The notes: a model not told the origin generated them from the letters alone. A stretch of DNA of 64,000 bases from a bacterium HR35 (GCA_002898235.1 BEIL01000001.1:16034-80033), one strand, 5' to 3'; shown: positions 20,792 through 30,562, numbered from the stretch's first letter. Translations and numbers: made by a program.

Positions 20792-21554
20792 AAATTTATC
20801 ACATAGACAAAAACAAGAATTGATAAGAAAGAAAGCCTTGGAAATATTAGAAGAGCATAAAGAAGGAATAAAATATATGGATTTGGTTAGAAAAGTTAAG
20901 GAAAAATGTCCAGAAGTTAATCTAAATATAGTTAGATGGGAAGTATGGTATTTACCGAGAATATTCGAAGATGTAATAAAACCCGAAAGAGGACTTTTTA
21001 TTTTAAAAAAATATTATAAAGAAATTTCAAAAGGAGAAATAGATTTAAAAGAAAGGAGGATTTATAAAATAGATGAATCTGTTTTTTATCAATATTTTGC
21101 TGATTATTTAATGAATGAATTAGAAGAATGTACAAAAGCTATACCATTGGGAGGAAGTAGATTTCAAGATAAATGGGGAACACCAGATGTATTAGGAATA
21201 TATAAAATTTCTGAAACTGAGCCAATAAGACCTTTACCAGAAATAATAAGTGCCGAGATAAAAATTGATACTAATCAATTAATAACAGCTTTTGGCCAAG
21301 CTTGTGCTTATAAATTATTTAGCCATAAAGTTTATTTAGTTATACCTAAAAATGCTTCACCATTGGATTTGGGGAGATTAGAATCTTTATGTTTAAGATT
21401 TGGCATCGGTTTAATTACTTTTGATAGAAATAATTCTGAAAATCCAGATTTTAGAATAATAACAAGAGCAGTTAAAAGTGAACCAGATTATTTTTATGTT
21501 AATGAATATTTAAAAAGATTAGATAAAAAAGATTTAAAAGAGTTATTTGGATGA
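20781..21554 (+). CDS. Putative winged-HTH plus PD-(D/E)xK restriction-endonuclease-like protein
   Basis: N-terminal HTH-like region; WGTPDVLG..SAEIK..AFGQACAY nuclease-like motifs. Confidence 0.6.
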   Translation: MKNKNLSHRQKQELIRKKALEILEEHKEGIKYMDLVRKVKEKCPEVNLNIVRWEVWYLPRIFEDVIKPERGLFILKKYYKEISKGEIDLKERRIYKIDESVFYQYFADYLMNELEECTKAIPLGGSRFQDKWGTPDVLGIYKISETEPIRPLPEIISAEIKIDTNQLITAFGQACAYKLFSHKVYLVIPKNASPLDLGRLESLCLRFGIGLITFDRNNSENPDFRIITRAVKSEPDYFYVNEYLKRLDKKDLKELFG

Positions 21555-21558
21555 AATT

Positions 21559-21663
21559 ATGAATATAAAACTTATTTTAAAAAACATAGCAGAAAATATT
21601 GATTTTAATAATCTTCCATCTAATTGGCAGGGTTTTGATTTTGAGAGATTTTCTAATAATTAA
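21559..21663 (+). pseudogene. 34-codon remnant duplicating the 5' end of res
   Basis: MNIKLILKNIAENIDFNNLPSNWQGFDFERFSNN* versus Res MNLRLILKNIAENIDFNNLPSNWQSFDFEGFS; 21574-21644 matches 23192-23262 at 70/71 nt. Confidence 0.9.
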
Positions 21664-21702
21664 AAAATAAAAAGATTCAAGCCCTTGTGTTAAAATTAAA
21701 AT

Positions 21703-22695
21703 ATGATTAAGAATTTAAAGATTGAAAATTTTAAATCTATAAAAAGTGTTGAAATTGATTGTAAAAAAATTAATGTTTTTATAGGAGAACCTAATACTGG
21801 TAAGTCAAATATTTTAGAAGCTTTGGGGTTGATTTCTTTTGTACAATATTTTGGTAAATATATTGGGGGCAATAGTTCTGATGTGTTGAAAAAATTTGTA
21901 AGGTTTAAGTATATACAGGATTTATTTTTTAATAAAGATGTTTCGAAGGAAGTTATAGTTTCATTTCCGGAAGAAGTTTTTAAAATTAATCAAGTTTCAA
22001 TTTCATCTTTTGCTTTAACATTTAATAATCAAAATTTAGTTAGCTTTGATAATGTTGGAAACTTAAACTCACCTTTTCAACAATTTCAATCTAAATATGA
22101 TATTAAATTCTTCAGATATTTTTATAGAATAAATTTTCCTTCAAAGCTTTCAGGCGGACTTTTACCTCCGGATGGAGAAAATTTAGTTGAAGCTATTAGA
22201 ACAAATCCGGAACTTATGGATCTTATAGGGGAACTGTTAAGAGATTTTGGATATGAACTTTTATTAAGAGAGACAGAAGGAGAAATTGAAATAGTAAGAA
22301 AATTTAGAGCAACTTTATTAAGTTATCCATATAATTCAATTTCTGATACACTCCAAAGATTAATTTTTTATTTAACTGCTATAAAAACTAATAAAAATTC
22401 TGTTTTAGTTTTTGAAGAACCAGAAGCACATTCTTTTCCTTATTATGTAAGTAGTCTTTCAGAAATAATAGCCAACGACACAAATAACAATCAATATTTT
22501 ATTAGCACCCATAATCCATATTTTTTGATTTCTTTATTAGAAAAAACAGCTTATGAGGATATAAATGTATTTATCACAAAATTAGAGGAATATGAAACTA
22601 AATTGTTTAAAGTATCTGAAAAGGGTATAAAAGAAATGTTATCATTAGACAAAGATTTATTTTTAAATTTAGATGAATTTATAAATAAAAAATGA
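21703..22695 (+). CDS. AAA_15/AAA_21-type (OLD/AbiEii-like) ABC-fold ATPase
   Basis: IENFKSI, GEPNTGKSNILEAL, VFEEPEAH, ISTHNPY. Confidence 0.85.
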   Translation: MIKNLKIENFKSIKSVEIDCKKINVFIGEPNTGKSNILEALGLISFVQYFGKYIGGNSSDVLKKFVRFKYIQDLFFNKDVSKEVIVSFPEEVFKINQVSISSFALTFNNQNLVSFDNVGNLNSPFQQFQSKYDIKFFRYFYRINFPSKLSGGLLPPDGENLVEAIRTNPELMDLIGELLRDFGYELLLRETEGEIEIVRKFRATLLSYPYNSISDTLQRLIFYLTAIKTNKNSVLVFEEPEAHSFPYYVSSLSEIIANDTNNNQYFISTHNPYFLISLLEKTAYEDINVFITKLEEYETKLFKVSEKGIKEMLSLDKDLFLNLDEFINKK

Positions 22696-23162
22696 TAACC
22701 TACGGCGAATGTAATACTGAATGTTTATTTTCTAAAGTTATTTTGGGACAAAAAGCAAAACATTTACAAGGTAAAGATAGAGTTGTTAAAAGGATAATGG
22801 ATGAGAATGGTGTATTGGGGATAATTGATTTAGATCCATCTAAACCTACAGGAAAATACTTAGAACAAATAAAGCGAATAGAACCTGTGTTTAATGAGAT
22901 TGATATAATTTTAAGAAAATTTAAATCTTCTTATTTGATTGAAATTTCTCCTTATTTTGAAGAATGGCTTGTAAATTTGTCAAGGAAAAGTAATGTGAGT
23001 CCAAAAGATTTTAATTTACCCGAAAATCCTAAAAAACTACACGAATTAATAAGCATTAAAGGAAGATTTGATAAATTAGAAGAAAGAATAGGAGGTCTTT
23101 TGGAAGCTATAATAAGCAAAAATAAAGAACACTTTAATAAATTAAAAAATAATATTAAATAA
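22692..23162 (+). CDS. Small TOPRIM-like partner of the ATPase
   Basis: Overlapping start; N-terminal GEC..E, GIIDLD (DxD) and FEEWL motifs. Confidence 0.5.
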   Translation: MITYGECNTECLFSKVILGQKAKHLQGKDRVVKRIMDENGVLGIIDLDPSKPTGKYLEQIKRIEPVFNEIDIILRKFKSSYLIEISPYFEEWLVNLSRKSNVSPKDFNLPENPKKLHELISIKGRFDKLEERIGGLLEAIISKNKEHFNKLKNNIK

Positions 23163-23176
23163 ATAAAATTTAATAA

Positions 23177-26044
23177 ATGAATTTAAGATTAATTTTAAAA
23201 AACATAGCAGAAAATATTGATTTTAATAATCTTCCATCTAATTGGCAGAGTTTTGATTTTGAAGGTTTTTCAAGGAGCAAAAAACTTTATGATTTTCAAA
23301 TTGAGGCTTTAGAAAACTTTTTAAAAGTTTTGTGGTTTTATTATGAGAAAGATTTTGATTATAGAGAAGGAGAAGGTTTAAATATTAATGACAAAAGGAA
23401 AGAAAAGTTATTTAAAGAATATTTAGATTATGATTTAAATCCAGAAGAGGTTTCTCTTAAATACAAAAAAGAAAAGAAAAATAAATTTATTTTTGAGTAT
23501 TATTTTTTAGAAAATGAAGAGATAAGTTTTAAACATTTTGTAAATAGAGCTGGATTTTGGATGGCAACAGGAAGCGGAAAAACATTAGTGATTATTAAAA
23601 TAATTGAATTTTTGAAAGAATTAATGAAGAGAAAGGAAATTCCTAATTTTGATATTTTATTTTTAACTCATAGAGAGGATTTAATAACACAATTTAAAAA
23701 ACATTTAGAGGAATTTAATGAGGGAAGGGAAAATAAAATTCAAGTTTATGATTTAAAAGATTATGAAAAACAAAAGCGGGGATTACTGAATGAAAATTTT
23801 ATTTTTTATTACCGAGCAGATTTATTTTCAGATGAAGAAAAAGAAAAAATTGTAGATTTTAAAAATTATTTTAATGATGGAAAGTGGTTTGTTATTTTAG
23901 ATGAAGCTCATAAAGGAGATACTGAAGAATCTGAAAGGCAACATATATTTTCTATTCTTTCGAAAAATGGATTTCTTTTTAATTTTTCAGCAACTTTTAG
24001 CGATGCTATTGATTTAATTACAACTTGCTTTGAATATAACCTATCAACATTTATTGAAAATGGTTATGGAAAGAAAATTTATATTTCTGATTATGAAGCA
24101 AAAGCTTTTAAAGAAGAATTTAAGCAAAAAGACAAACAAAAAATTATTTTAAAAGGGTTAATTCTTTTAACTTATATTAAAAAGGAGTTAAATAAAGTTA
24201 GAGAAAAAATCTCGAATGCTTATCATAATCCTTTACTTCTTGTTTTAGTAAATTCAGTAAATAAAGAAGATGCTGACTTGAAATTATTTTTTGAAGAAAT
24301 CAGAAATATAGCTGAAGGGAATTTTGATAAAAGTTTAATTGAAGAAGCAAAGGAAGAAATAAAAAAAGAATTTCAAGAAAAAGAAAATTTTGATATTCCA
24401 GGAGATGATAAATTAAAAATAGATTTTAATTTAGTCTCAAAAGTAACTTATAATGATATTTTGAAAAATGTTTTTAATTCTGATAGGCCGGGAAAGATAG
24501 AAATTTCTTATAGTCCTAAAGAAAAAGGAGAAGTGGCTTTTAAATTAAAAATCTCTGATTCACATTTTGCTTTAATGAAAACAGGAGATATGCCAGGTTG
24601 GCTTAAAGATTCTTTAAGTCAGTTTGAGGTTAATCATCTTTATGAAAATGAAAAATTTTTTGAAGAAATAAATAGTGATAGTTCTAAAATAAATATTTTA
24701 TTGGGATCAAGAGTTTTTTATGAAGGATGGGATTCAAATAGGCCAAATATTATTATGTTTATAAATATTGGAACACAAAAGGAAGCTAAAAAATTTGTTT
24801 TACAATCTGTAGGGAGAGGGATAAGAATTGAACCAATAAAAAATGAAAGAAAGAGGATTTTATATATTAAAGAAAAAATAGGAAAAGTTTTTGATGAGAT
24901 TAAAGATTATGTTTCTTCAATAGAAAGCTTGTTTATCTTTGGAACTAATAAAAGTGCCATTGAGACTATAATTACCGAAGTTAATGCAATTAAAGAAAAA
25001 ACATTTAAGGGTACAAAAATTTCTCTTTTCAAAAATATTGAAGCAATTAAAGAAAATGTCTTGTTAGTACCAAAATATAAAGAAGGAGAAAAAAGGATTT
25101 TTGAAGAAGAAGTTAGATATGGAATTTCTGAAGACGATTTTAAAAAGTTAAAGGAATTTAATGAATTTGTTAAAGATGATAGGGTTTTACTAGTAAATCT
25201 TGATACTGAACCTAAATTAGTTAAATATTTTAGAGAATCTTTACTTTATCAAAAACAATTAGTTAGTGGAAACTATTATAAAAAATCTGATTCAGAGAGA
25301 AACAATGTCGAGGTGATTTTAAGCGACCTTTTTAAGTTTTGGGGAACTAAGTTTCAAGATTTTGAAAAATTTAAGGAATTAGAGGATGAAATAAAGCATT
25401 TCGAAAATATTGTTATTGAAGAAGCTAAATTTAATGATTTTGAATCAATAAAAGAAGCAGTTATGGGTACAAAAAGGAGTTTGCCTTTTGAAAATTTGAA
25501 ATTAGAATATATAACTAATCATTATTATTTACCTCTTATTTTAAGTAAAGATGAAAAAATTGACTATATTAAGCACATAATTAAGACTAAAAGCGAAGTT
25601 GAATTCATAGAAAGGTTAGAAAATTATATAAATTTAAATAATAATAAATTTAAAAATTTTGATTGGTGGATGTTTAGCAAAATTGATGAAAGTTTAGATG
25701 AAGTTTATATTCCTTATTATGATGTTGAAAAAGGAGGTATAAGAGGGTTTAAACCAGATTTTATATTTTGGTTAAAGAAAGATAATAACTATTTTATTGT
25801 TTTTATTGATCCAAAATCAACAAAATTTACTGATTATGAAAATAAAATTTCTTGGTACAAAAGGTTATTTGAAGAGAATAACAAGCCGAGATTATTTAAA
25901 TATAAAAATTTAAATTGTTTTGTTTATTGCTTTTTATATACAGAAGATAAAGATAAAGTTATAAATTCTTCTTACAAAGATTACTGGTTTGAAAACATAG
26001 ATAAAGTGCTTGAAAAATTTGTCAATAAAAATAGGGGGCATTGA
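23177..26044 (+). CDS. res: Type III restriction enzyme Res subunit (SF2 helicase-nuclease)
   Basis: MATGSGKT, LDEAHKG, FSATF, EGWD, QSVGRGIR; C-terminal FKPDFIFW..IDPK nuclease motif. Confidence 0.92.
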   Translation: MNLRLILKNIAENIDFNNLPSNWQSFDFEGFSRSKKLYDFQIEALENFLKVLWFYYEKDFDYREGEGLNINDKRKEKLFKEYLDYDLNPEEVSLKYKKEKKNKFIFEYYFLENEEISFKHFVNRAGFWMATGSGKTLVIIKIIEFLKELMKRKEIPNFDILFLTHREDLITQFKKHLEEFNEGRENKIQVYDLKDYEKQKRGLLNENFIFYYRADLFSDEEKEKIVDFKNYFNDGKWFVILDEAHKGDTEESERQHIFSILSKNGFLFNFSATFSDAIDLITTCFEYNLSTFIENGYGKKIYISDYEAKAFKEEFKQKDKQKIILKGLILLTYIKKELNKVREKISNAYHNPLLLVLVNSVNKEDADLKLFFEEIRNIAEGNFDKSLIEEAKEEIKKEFQEKENFDIPGDDKLKIDFNLVSKVTYNDILKNVFNSDRPGKIEISYSPKEKGEVAFKLKISDSHFALMKTGDMPGWLKDSLSQFEVNHLYENEKFFEEINSDSSKINILLGSRVFYEGWDSNRPNIIMFINIGTQKEAKKFVLQSVGRGIRIEPIKNERKRILYIKEKIGKVFDEIKDYVSSIESLFIFGTNKSAIETIITEVNAIKEKTFKGTKISLFKNIEAIKENVLLVPKYKEGEKRIFEEEVRYGISEDDFKKLKEFNEFVKDDRVLLVNLDTEPKLVKYFRESLLYQKQLVSGNYYKKSDSERNNVEVILSDLFKFWGTKFQDFEKFKELEDEIKHFENIVIEEAKFNDFESIKEAVMGTKRSLPFENLKLEYITNHYYLPLILSKDEKIDYIKHIIKTKSEVEFIERLENYINLNNNKFKNFDWWMFSKIDESLDEVYIPYYDVEKGGIRGFKPDFIFWLKKDNNYFIVFIDPKSTKFTDYENKISWYKRLFEENNKPRLFKYKNLNCFVYCFLYTEDKDKVINSSYKDYWFENIDKVLEKFVNKNRGH

Positions 26045-26074
26045 CGTGGGAGGAAACTTTTTGATAGTTTTTCG

Positions 26075-26102
26075 TTGACTGTTTATTATTTATTGCTATA
26101 AC
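26075..26102 (+). promoter_or_regulatory. Sigma70-type promoter, near-leaderless
   Basis: TTGACT (26075-26080), 16-nt spacer, TGcTATAAC ending 26102, 6 nt before ATG 26109. Confidence 0.55.
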
Positions 26103-26108
26103 AGAATA

Positions 26109-26633
26109 ATGAAAATTTATTTTGTTACACATTCGACAACGGTTGATAATGAGAAAAATATTGTTTCTGGATGGAATGATGTTGAGTTATCTGAAACTGG
26201 TAAAAAACAAGCAAAAGAAATTGCGAAAAGATTTGAAAATTTTAATTTGGATTTGATTTGCTGTTCTGATTTAAAAAGAGCAGTGGAGACAGTGAAAATT
26301 GCTTTCAATGATAAATACCCTGTTATTATTGATAAAAGATTAAGAGAAATAAATTATGGTGATTTTAGTGGTAAAGAAAAAACTTTCATTGATTCGATAA
26401 AACTCAATTATATAGAAAAACCATTTCCTAATGGAGAAAGTTTTAAAGACGCAATTGAAAGGGTGATTAATTTTTATAAAGAATTAAAAGAGAAATATAA
26501 TGATAAAGTTATTTTGATTGTTGGTCATCGAGCAACTCATTATGCTTTTGAAGTATTAATAAACAAGAAATTAATTGAAGAATGTTTAAAAATACCGTTT
26601 CAATGGCAGCCCTATTGGGACTATGAATTTTAA
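26109..26633 (+). CDS. Histidine phosphatase (PGM-like) family protein
   Basis: THS..N..SGWND.LS..G, SDLKRA, LREINYG, GES, VGH. Confidence 0.85.
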   Translation: MKIYFVTHSTTVDNEKNIVSGWNDVELSETGKKQAKEIAKRFENFNLDLICCSDLKRAVETVKIAFNDKYPVIIDKRLREINYGDFSGKEKTFIDSIKLNYIEKPFPNGESFKDAIERVINFYKELKEKYNDKVILIVGHRATHYAFEVLINKKLIEECLKIPFQWQPYWDYEF

Positions 26634-26641
26634 TAAAAGTT

Positions 26642-27178
26642 ATGTTAGATAAGTTTAAAGTGATTAAACGAAAAGTAAAGTATATTCGATTGGAAATTAA
26701 AGATTTTGGGGTGAGGGTGGTTGTGCCGGAGGGTTTTAATGGAGATGTTGAGAAAGTTATTGAGAGGCATAGAAGATGGTTGGAGAAAAAGCTTGCTTTG
26801 TTGAATGAGATAAAAAGCTTGAGTGAGAGATTGGAAATTTATAATCATAAAAATTTAGAAGAAATTGTTAGTGAATATATAAATGAAATTAGTCAGATTT
26901 TGAAGGTAAAACCAAAAGGAATTTATTTTAGGAATATGAAGGTAAGATGGGGAAGTTGTACTTTTGATGGAAGGTTGATTTTTAATAAAAAGTTAAAGTT
27001 TTTGCCAAAAGAATTAATAAGATATGTTGCTGTTCATGAAATGTGTCATTTGTTAATTAAAAATCATCGAAAAGAATTTTGGTTATTAGTTAAAAAATTA
27101 TGTCCAGAGTTTAAAAATTATCAAAAATTGTTGGCTTCCTATAGAATTAAAATATATAGCGATTATTCACTTAACTGA
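26642..27178 (+). CDS. YgjP/DUF45 (SprT/M48-like) zinc metallohydrolase
   Basis: MKVRWGSC; YVAVHEMCHL..NH..FW. Confidence 0.88.
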   Translation: MLDKFKVIKRKVKYIRLEIKDFGVRVVVPEGFNGDVEKVIERHRRWLEKKLALLNEIKSLSERLEIYNHKNLEEIVSEYINEISQILKVKPKGIYFRNMKVRWGSCTFDGRLIFNKKLKFLPKELIRYVAVHEMCHLLIKNHRKEFWLLVKKLCPEFKNYQKLLASYRIKIYSDYSLN

Positions 27179-27187
27179 TAAGATGTA

Positions 27188-29182
27188 ATGAAAAAGAAAG
27201 TGTTTTTGCCTTTAATAATTTTATTAGGAATATTTGTTTTATTAATATTACAGAATTATGAAAATTTAAGTATCAAAGAAAAGTTGAATATTAAATTAAA
27301 AACAAGAGAAGCTCTTAAGATTTGCGATAATCTTTCAGAAGAACAAAAAGAAAGCTGTTATTGGAATCTTGCTAAATCTAAACAAAATTTATCGATTTGT
27401 GACAAGATTCAAAGAGAATGGATAAAAAATATCTGTTATTTGGATGTTGCTGAAGAAAAACAAGATTTATCTATTTGCGATAGAATACAGGATAAGACTA
27501 AAAAGGACTATTGTTATTTAAAAATTGCTGAGATGAAAAGGGACCCATCTATCTGTAACAAAATTCAAAATGAGGAAGAGGAAAGCTATGACGGAGATAA
27601 TAAGTATTTTAAAGATAATTGTTATTTAAAAATTGCACAAGCTAAACAAGATTTATCCATTTGTGATAGAATAAAGAATTCTTCCGTAAAAGATGATTGT
27701 TATAAATTACTTGCTATAATTAAACAAGATTTATCCATTTGTGATAAGTTATATTATTCAAATGAAAAAGACTATTGTTATTCAAGAGTTGCGCAAGTTA
27801 AACAAGATCCATCTATTTGCAATAAGATTGTTTGTAGTGAAATAAGTTCGTGGGATTGGTGTTTTAAAGATTTTTGTTATCAAAATATTGCTCAAACTAA
27901 AAAAGATGTATCTTTTTGTGAAAATATTAGAAATTTTTTATATGGAAAAAGTTTTTGCTATCAGGTAATAGGCGAAATTACTCAGAATTTATCTATTTGT
28001 GACAAAATTAGGGATGAAGAAAGAAGAGGATGGTGTTATCGATCAATTGCTGTTCTTCAACAAAATGCCTCTCTTTGCGAAAAGATAAACAATGAATACA
28101 TAAGAGATTATTGTTATTGGGACATTGCTTTAAATAATCAGAATCCACTTTTTTGTGAAAAATTGCACAATGAGAAAAATAAAAATCTTTGTTATTTAAA
28201 TGTTACCGAAGCTAAAAAAGAGACAAATTTATCAGAATATTCTAAGATAATTCAAAATTCGTTAGCAGATCAATTTATTGAAATAAGATTGGAAGATTTA
28301 AAAGAAGGGAAAAATAAGATAGGAGGTTTAACGATTGAACGAAAATTTATAACTACTTTAAGAGATGGATATAAGTTTATTATAAATAATTTAAAATATA
28401 TTATTAATTCAACAGGTTTAAACTGCGGTGCCTATCAATGTGGTGAAAGTTTTGAATTAAATATAGTAAAAAATGAAAACGATGATCAATCTCGAGTATT
28501 AAATTTCTGGATATCTGATTATGGAGGAGAAGTTTATTTTTTTAAATATCTAGATTTTATATATTTTATTGGAAGCACCATTGCAAAACCGAGAGGGCTT
28601 TGTTATCCTATTGAAGAGTCTATAATTTATTCAGCTTACAAAGATATGGTCGAAGATGAACAAGGTTTAAGACATACCCCATTATTAATAAAAAAGAATG
28701 GTAAGTTGTATCTTAAAGCAGAGAAAAATTTTTGTTATGAAGATTTTTGCGATTCAGTTTTAGAAAATATTGAGTCTTTAAAAAAAGAAGAGGATTTCTA
28801 TACACCTAAAAATCAGCGTTTTAGATGTTTTTGTTATGATTTTGACGAAACAGCACCCTGTGTTGATGAATATTATTTAATAGACAATGGCAAATTTATA
28901 GAAAGAAATCAAGATTTTAAATCAGAATATCTTGAAAAAGCAGAAAAATTTAAAAAAGAACTTCAGGAAAAACATTGGCAAAATGGTGATTGGATTTTGA
29001 CATTATTAAATAAAACACTAAACTTAATCTTTGCTGGTGAAGAAGAAAAGGCCTGGAGAGAATTTTTTGAAGATTTCCAGAGTCTTTCTCAAGCCTATCC
29101 TTTTGAAGGTATTGAAAAAATAAATCCTGATAAAATAAAAGAAGAAATTCAAAAAAATATAGCTAGAGAAAGTGGGTTTTGA
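27188..29182 (+). CDS. Exported protein with 11 tandem Cys-pair repeats and an unknown C-terminal domain
   Basis: N-terminal TM/signal; ~26-aa unit ICDKI-x6-7-CY-x3-A-x3-QDLS repeated 11 times. Confidence 0.8.
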   Translation: MKKKVFLPLIILLGIFVLLILQNYENLSIKEKLNIKLKTREALKICDNLSEEQKESCYWNLAKSKQNLSICDKIQREWIKNICYLDVAEEKQDLSICDRIQDKTKKDYCYLKIAEMKRDPSICNKIQNEEEESYDGDNKYFKDNCYLKIAQAKQDLSICDRIKNSSVKDDCYKLLAIIKQDLSICDKLYYSNEKDYCYSRVAQVKQDPSICNKIVCSEISSWDWCFKDFCYQNIAQTKKDVSFCENIRNFLYGKSFCYQVIGEITQNLSICDKIRDEERRGWCYRSIAVLQQNASLCEKINNEYIRDYCYWDIALNNQNPLFCEKLHNEKNKNLCYLNVTEAKKETNLSEYSKIIQNSLADQFIEIRLEDLKEGKNKIGGLTIERKFITTLRDGYKFIINNLKYIINSTGLNCGAYQCGESFELNIVKNENDDQSRVLNFWISDYGGEVYFFKYLDFIYFIGSTIAKPRGLCYPIEESIIYSAYKDMVEDEQGLRHTPLLIKKNGKLYLKAEKNFCYEDFCDSVLENIESLKKEEDFYTPKNQRFRCFCYDFDETAPCVDEYYLIDNGKFIERNQDFKSEYLEKAEKFKKELQEKHWQNGDWILTLLNKTLNLIFAGEEEKAWREFFEDFQSLSQAYPFEGIEKINPDKIKEEIQKNIARESGF

Positions 29183-29258
29183 AGATGATATTTTTATGTT
29201 TAAGAGTGCGTTTTTTATTTTCAAAAATTATTATTTGATTTTTTTTCCAATACAAAAC

Positions 29259-29286
29259 ATTCTAACATTCTATAGAATGTTAGAAT
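29259..29286. repeat. Perfect 28-bp intergenic palindrome built from 8-bp units
   Basis: ATTCTAACATTCTA|TAGAATGTTAGAAT is its own reverse complement. Confidence 0.9.
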
Positions 29287-29413
29287 ATTGTTTGGTATTA
29301 AAAAAGATAAATAAAACGAGAATCAATGTAGTGATGCAGGATGTTTTGAGATTTTGATAATGTGCTTAATTAAAATTAATTTAATATGATATAATATAAT
29401 AGTTAATAATAGC

Positions 29414-29737
29414 ATGAAATTTTTTAGGATTTTGCGTAGGTTATTTAGTTTTCTTTCTTTAGCAAGTCTAGTTGTTTCTATTTTTCTTTTCTTTGGTGTT
29501 GGAATAAAGATTTCGCAAACTGAAAGTACAGGAACTTTGGATTTAAGAGGATTGGCTTATATTTTGCCATTTCTTTTTGTTGCTTTAAGTGTTGTCTTTT
29601 TAATACTTACTCTTATTTTTAGTTTAATAAAAAAGGATTCAAAATGGTCATTTGGAAAATTTTTCATTCGTTGGCTAATTCTTTTTATAGTTTCTTTAAT
29701 TAGTTTTGGTTTGTCTATATTAATAGCAAAAAGTTAG
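29414..29737 (+). CDS. Small three-TM membrane protein
   Basis: Three hydrophobic segments; TGaTATAAT upstream. Confidence 0.7.
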   Translation: MKFFRILRRLFSFLSLASLVVSIFLFFGVGIKISQTESTGTLDLRGLAYILPFLFVALSVVFLILTLIFSLIKKDSKWSFGKFFIRWLILFIVSLISFGLSILIAKS

Positions 29738-29746
29738 AAACATATT

Positions 29747-29818
29747 TGGGCGCAGGAGGATTTGAACCTCCGACCTCCTCGATGTGAACGAGGCGTTCTG
29801 CCACTGAACTATGCGCCC
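29747..29818 (-). tRNA. tRNA-Val (CAC)
   Basis: Reverse complement folds as a cloverleaf: GGGCGCA acceptor, CCTCG-TTCACAT-CGAGG anticodon arm, GGAGG-TTCAAAT-CCTCC T-arm; CCA not encoded. Confidence 0.95.
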
Positions 29819-29866
29819 CTAAACATTTTTGTTTTTTTTGAATATCATTTAAAATATAAAATTGAA

Positions 29867-30556
29867 ATGATTACTTTAAAACCAGAAATAATTTTTGAAA
29901 ACGAATTTTTTAAACTATCTAATACTCTTTTAGCCGGTTTTATTACTGTTTTAATTTTAACAGCTTTTTCTTTGTTTTTTAAAGATAAACTAAAAGAAGA
30001 ACCATCAAAAATTCAGGTAATTATAGAAACTATTTTTGAATCAATTTATAATTTTTGGTACAATCTTACTGAGATTAAAAATCTTAAAATTTTTGCTTTT
30101 TGTTTTGCTTTCTTTATTTATATTCTATTGAGTAACTGGCTAGGTATTTTCCCTGGTTTTGGAAGCGTTTATCTTAAACACCATGAAGAAAAAATTCACC
30201 TTTTAAGGACTGCTTATTCTGATTTAAACATGACCTTAGCTTTATCTTTTATTTCAGTAGTTGGAATTAATTTAATAGCCTTATTTAAACAAGGCTTTCA
30301 TTATCTTAAAAAATTTCTAAACCCTATTGGAATCTTGGAATTAGTTTCTGAATTTTCTAAAATTATTTCTTTTAGTTTCAGACTTTTTGGCAATATTTTA
30401 GCTGGTGAGATTTTGATTTTAATTATTAATTTTATTTTACCCCTTTTAGCACCATTGCCTTTTATGTTTTTAGAAATTTTTGTTGGATTTGTTCAAGCTT
30501 TAATCTTCTTTACTTTAACTAGTATATTTTTGAAGGTCGCTTTAAGTGAACATTAA
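29867..30556 (+). CDS. atpB: F0F1 ATP synthase subunit a (start revised to ATG 29867)
   Basis: NWLGIFPG, SFSFRLFGNILAGE, FVGFVQALIF; the longer ORF-track start overlaps tRNA-Val. Confidence 0.95.
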   Translation: MITLKPEIIFENEFFKLSNTLLAGFITVLILTAFSLFFKDKLKEEPSKIQVIIETIFESIYNFWYNLTEIKNLKIFAFCFAFFIYILLSNWLGIFPGFGSVYLKHHEEKIHLLRTAYSDLNMTLALSFISVVGINLIALFKQGFHYLKKFLNPIGILELVSEFSKIISFSFRLFGNILAGEILILIINFILPLLAPLPFMFLEIFVGFVQALIFFTLTSIFLKVALSEH

Positions 30557-30562
30557 TTAAAA

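Noticed and set aside
29172-29357. 61-aa ORF in the intergenic gap
   Set aside because: Non-ATG start, low-complexity Phe/Ile content, and it spans the 28-bp palindrome
17881-29818. Defence region as an element integrated at the tRNA-Val 3' end
   Set aside because: The position is suggestive, but I found no integrase and no duplicated tRNA 3' fragment
29762-29866. N-terminal extension of AtpB in the ORF track
   Set aside because: It overlaps tRNA-Val on the opposite strand; ATG 29867 gives a normal start
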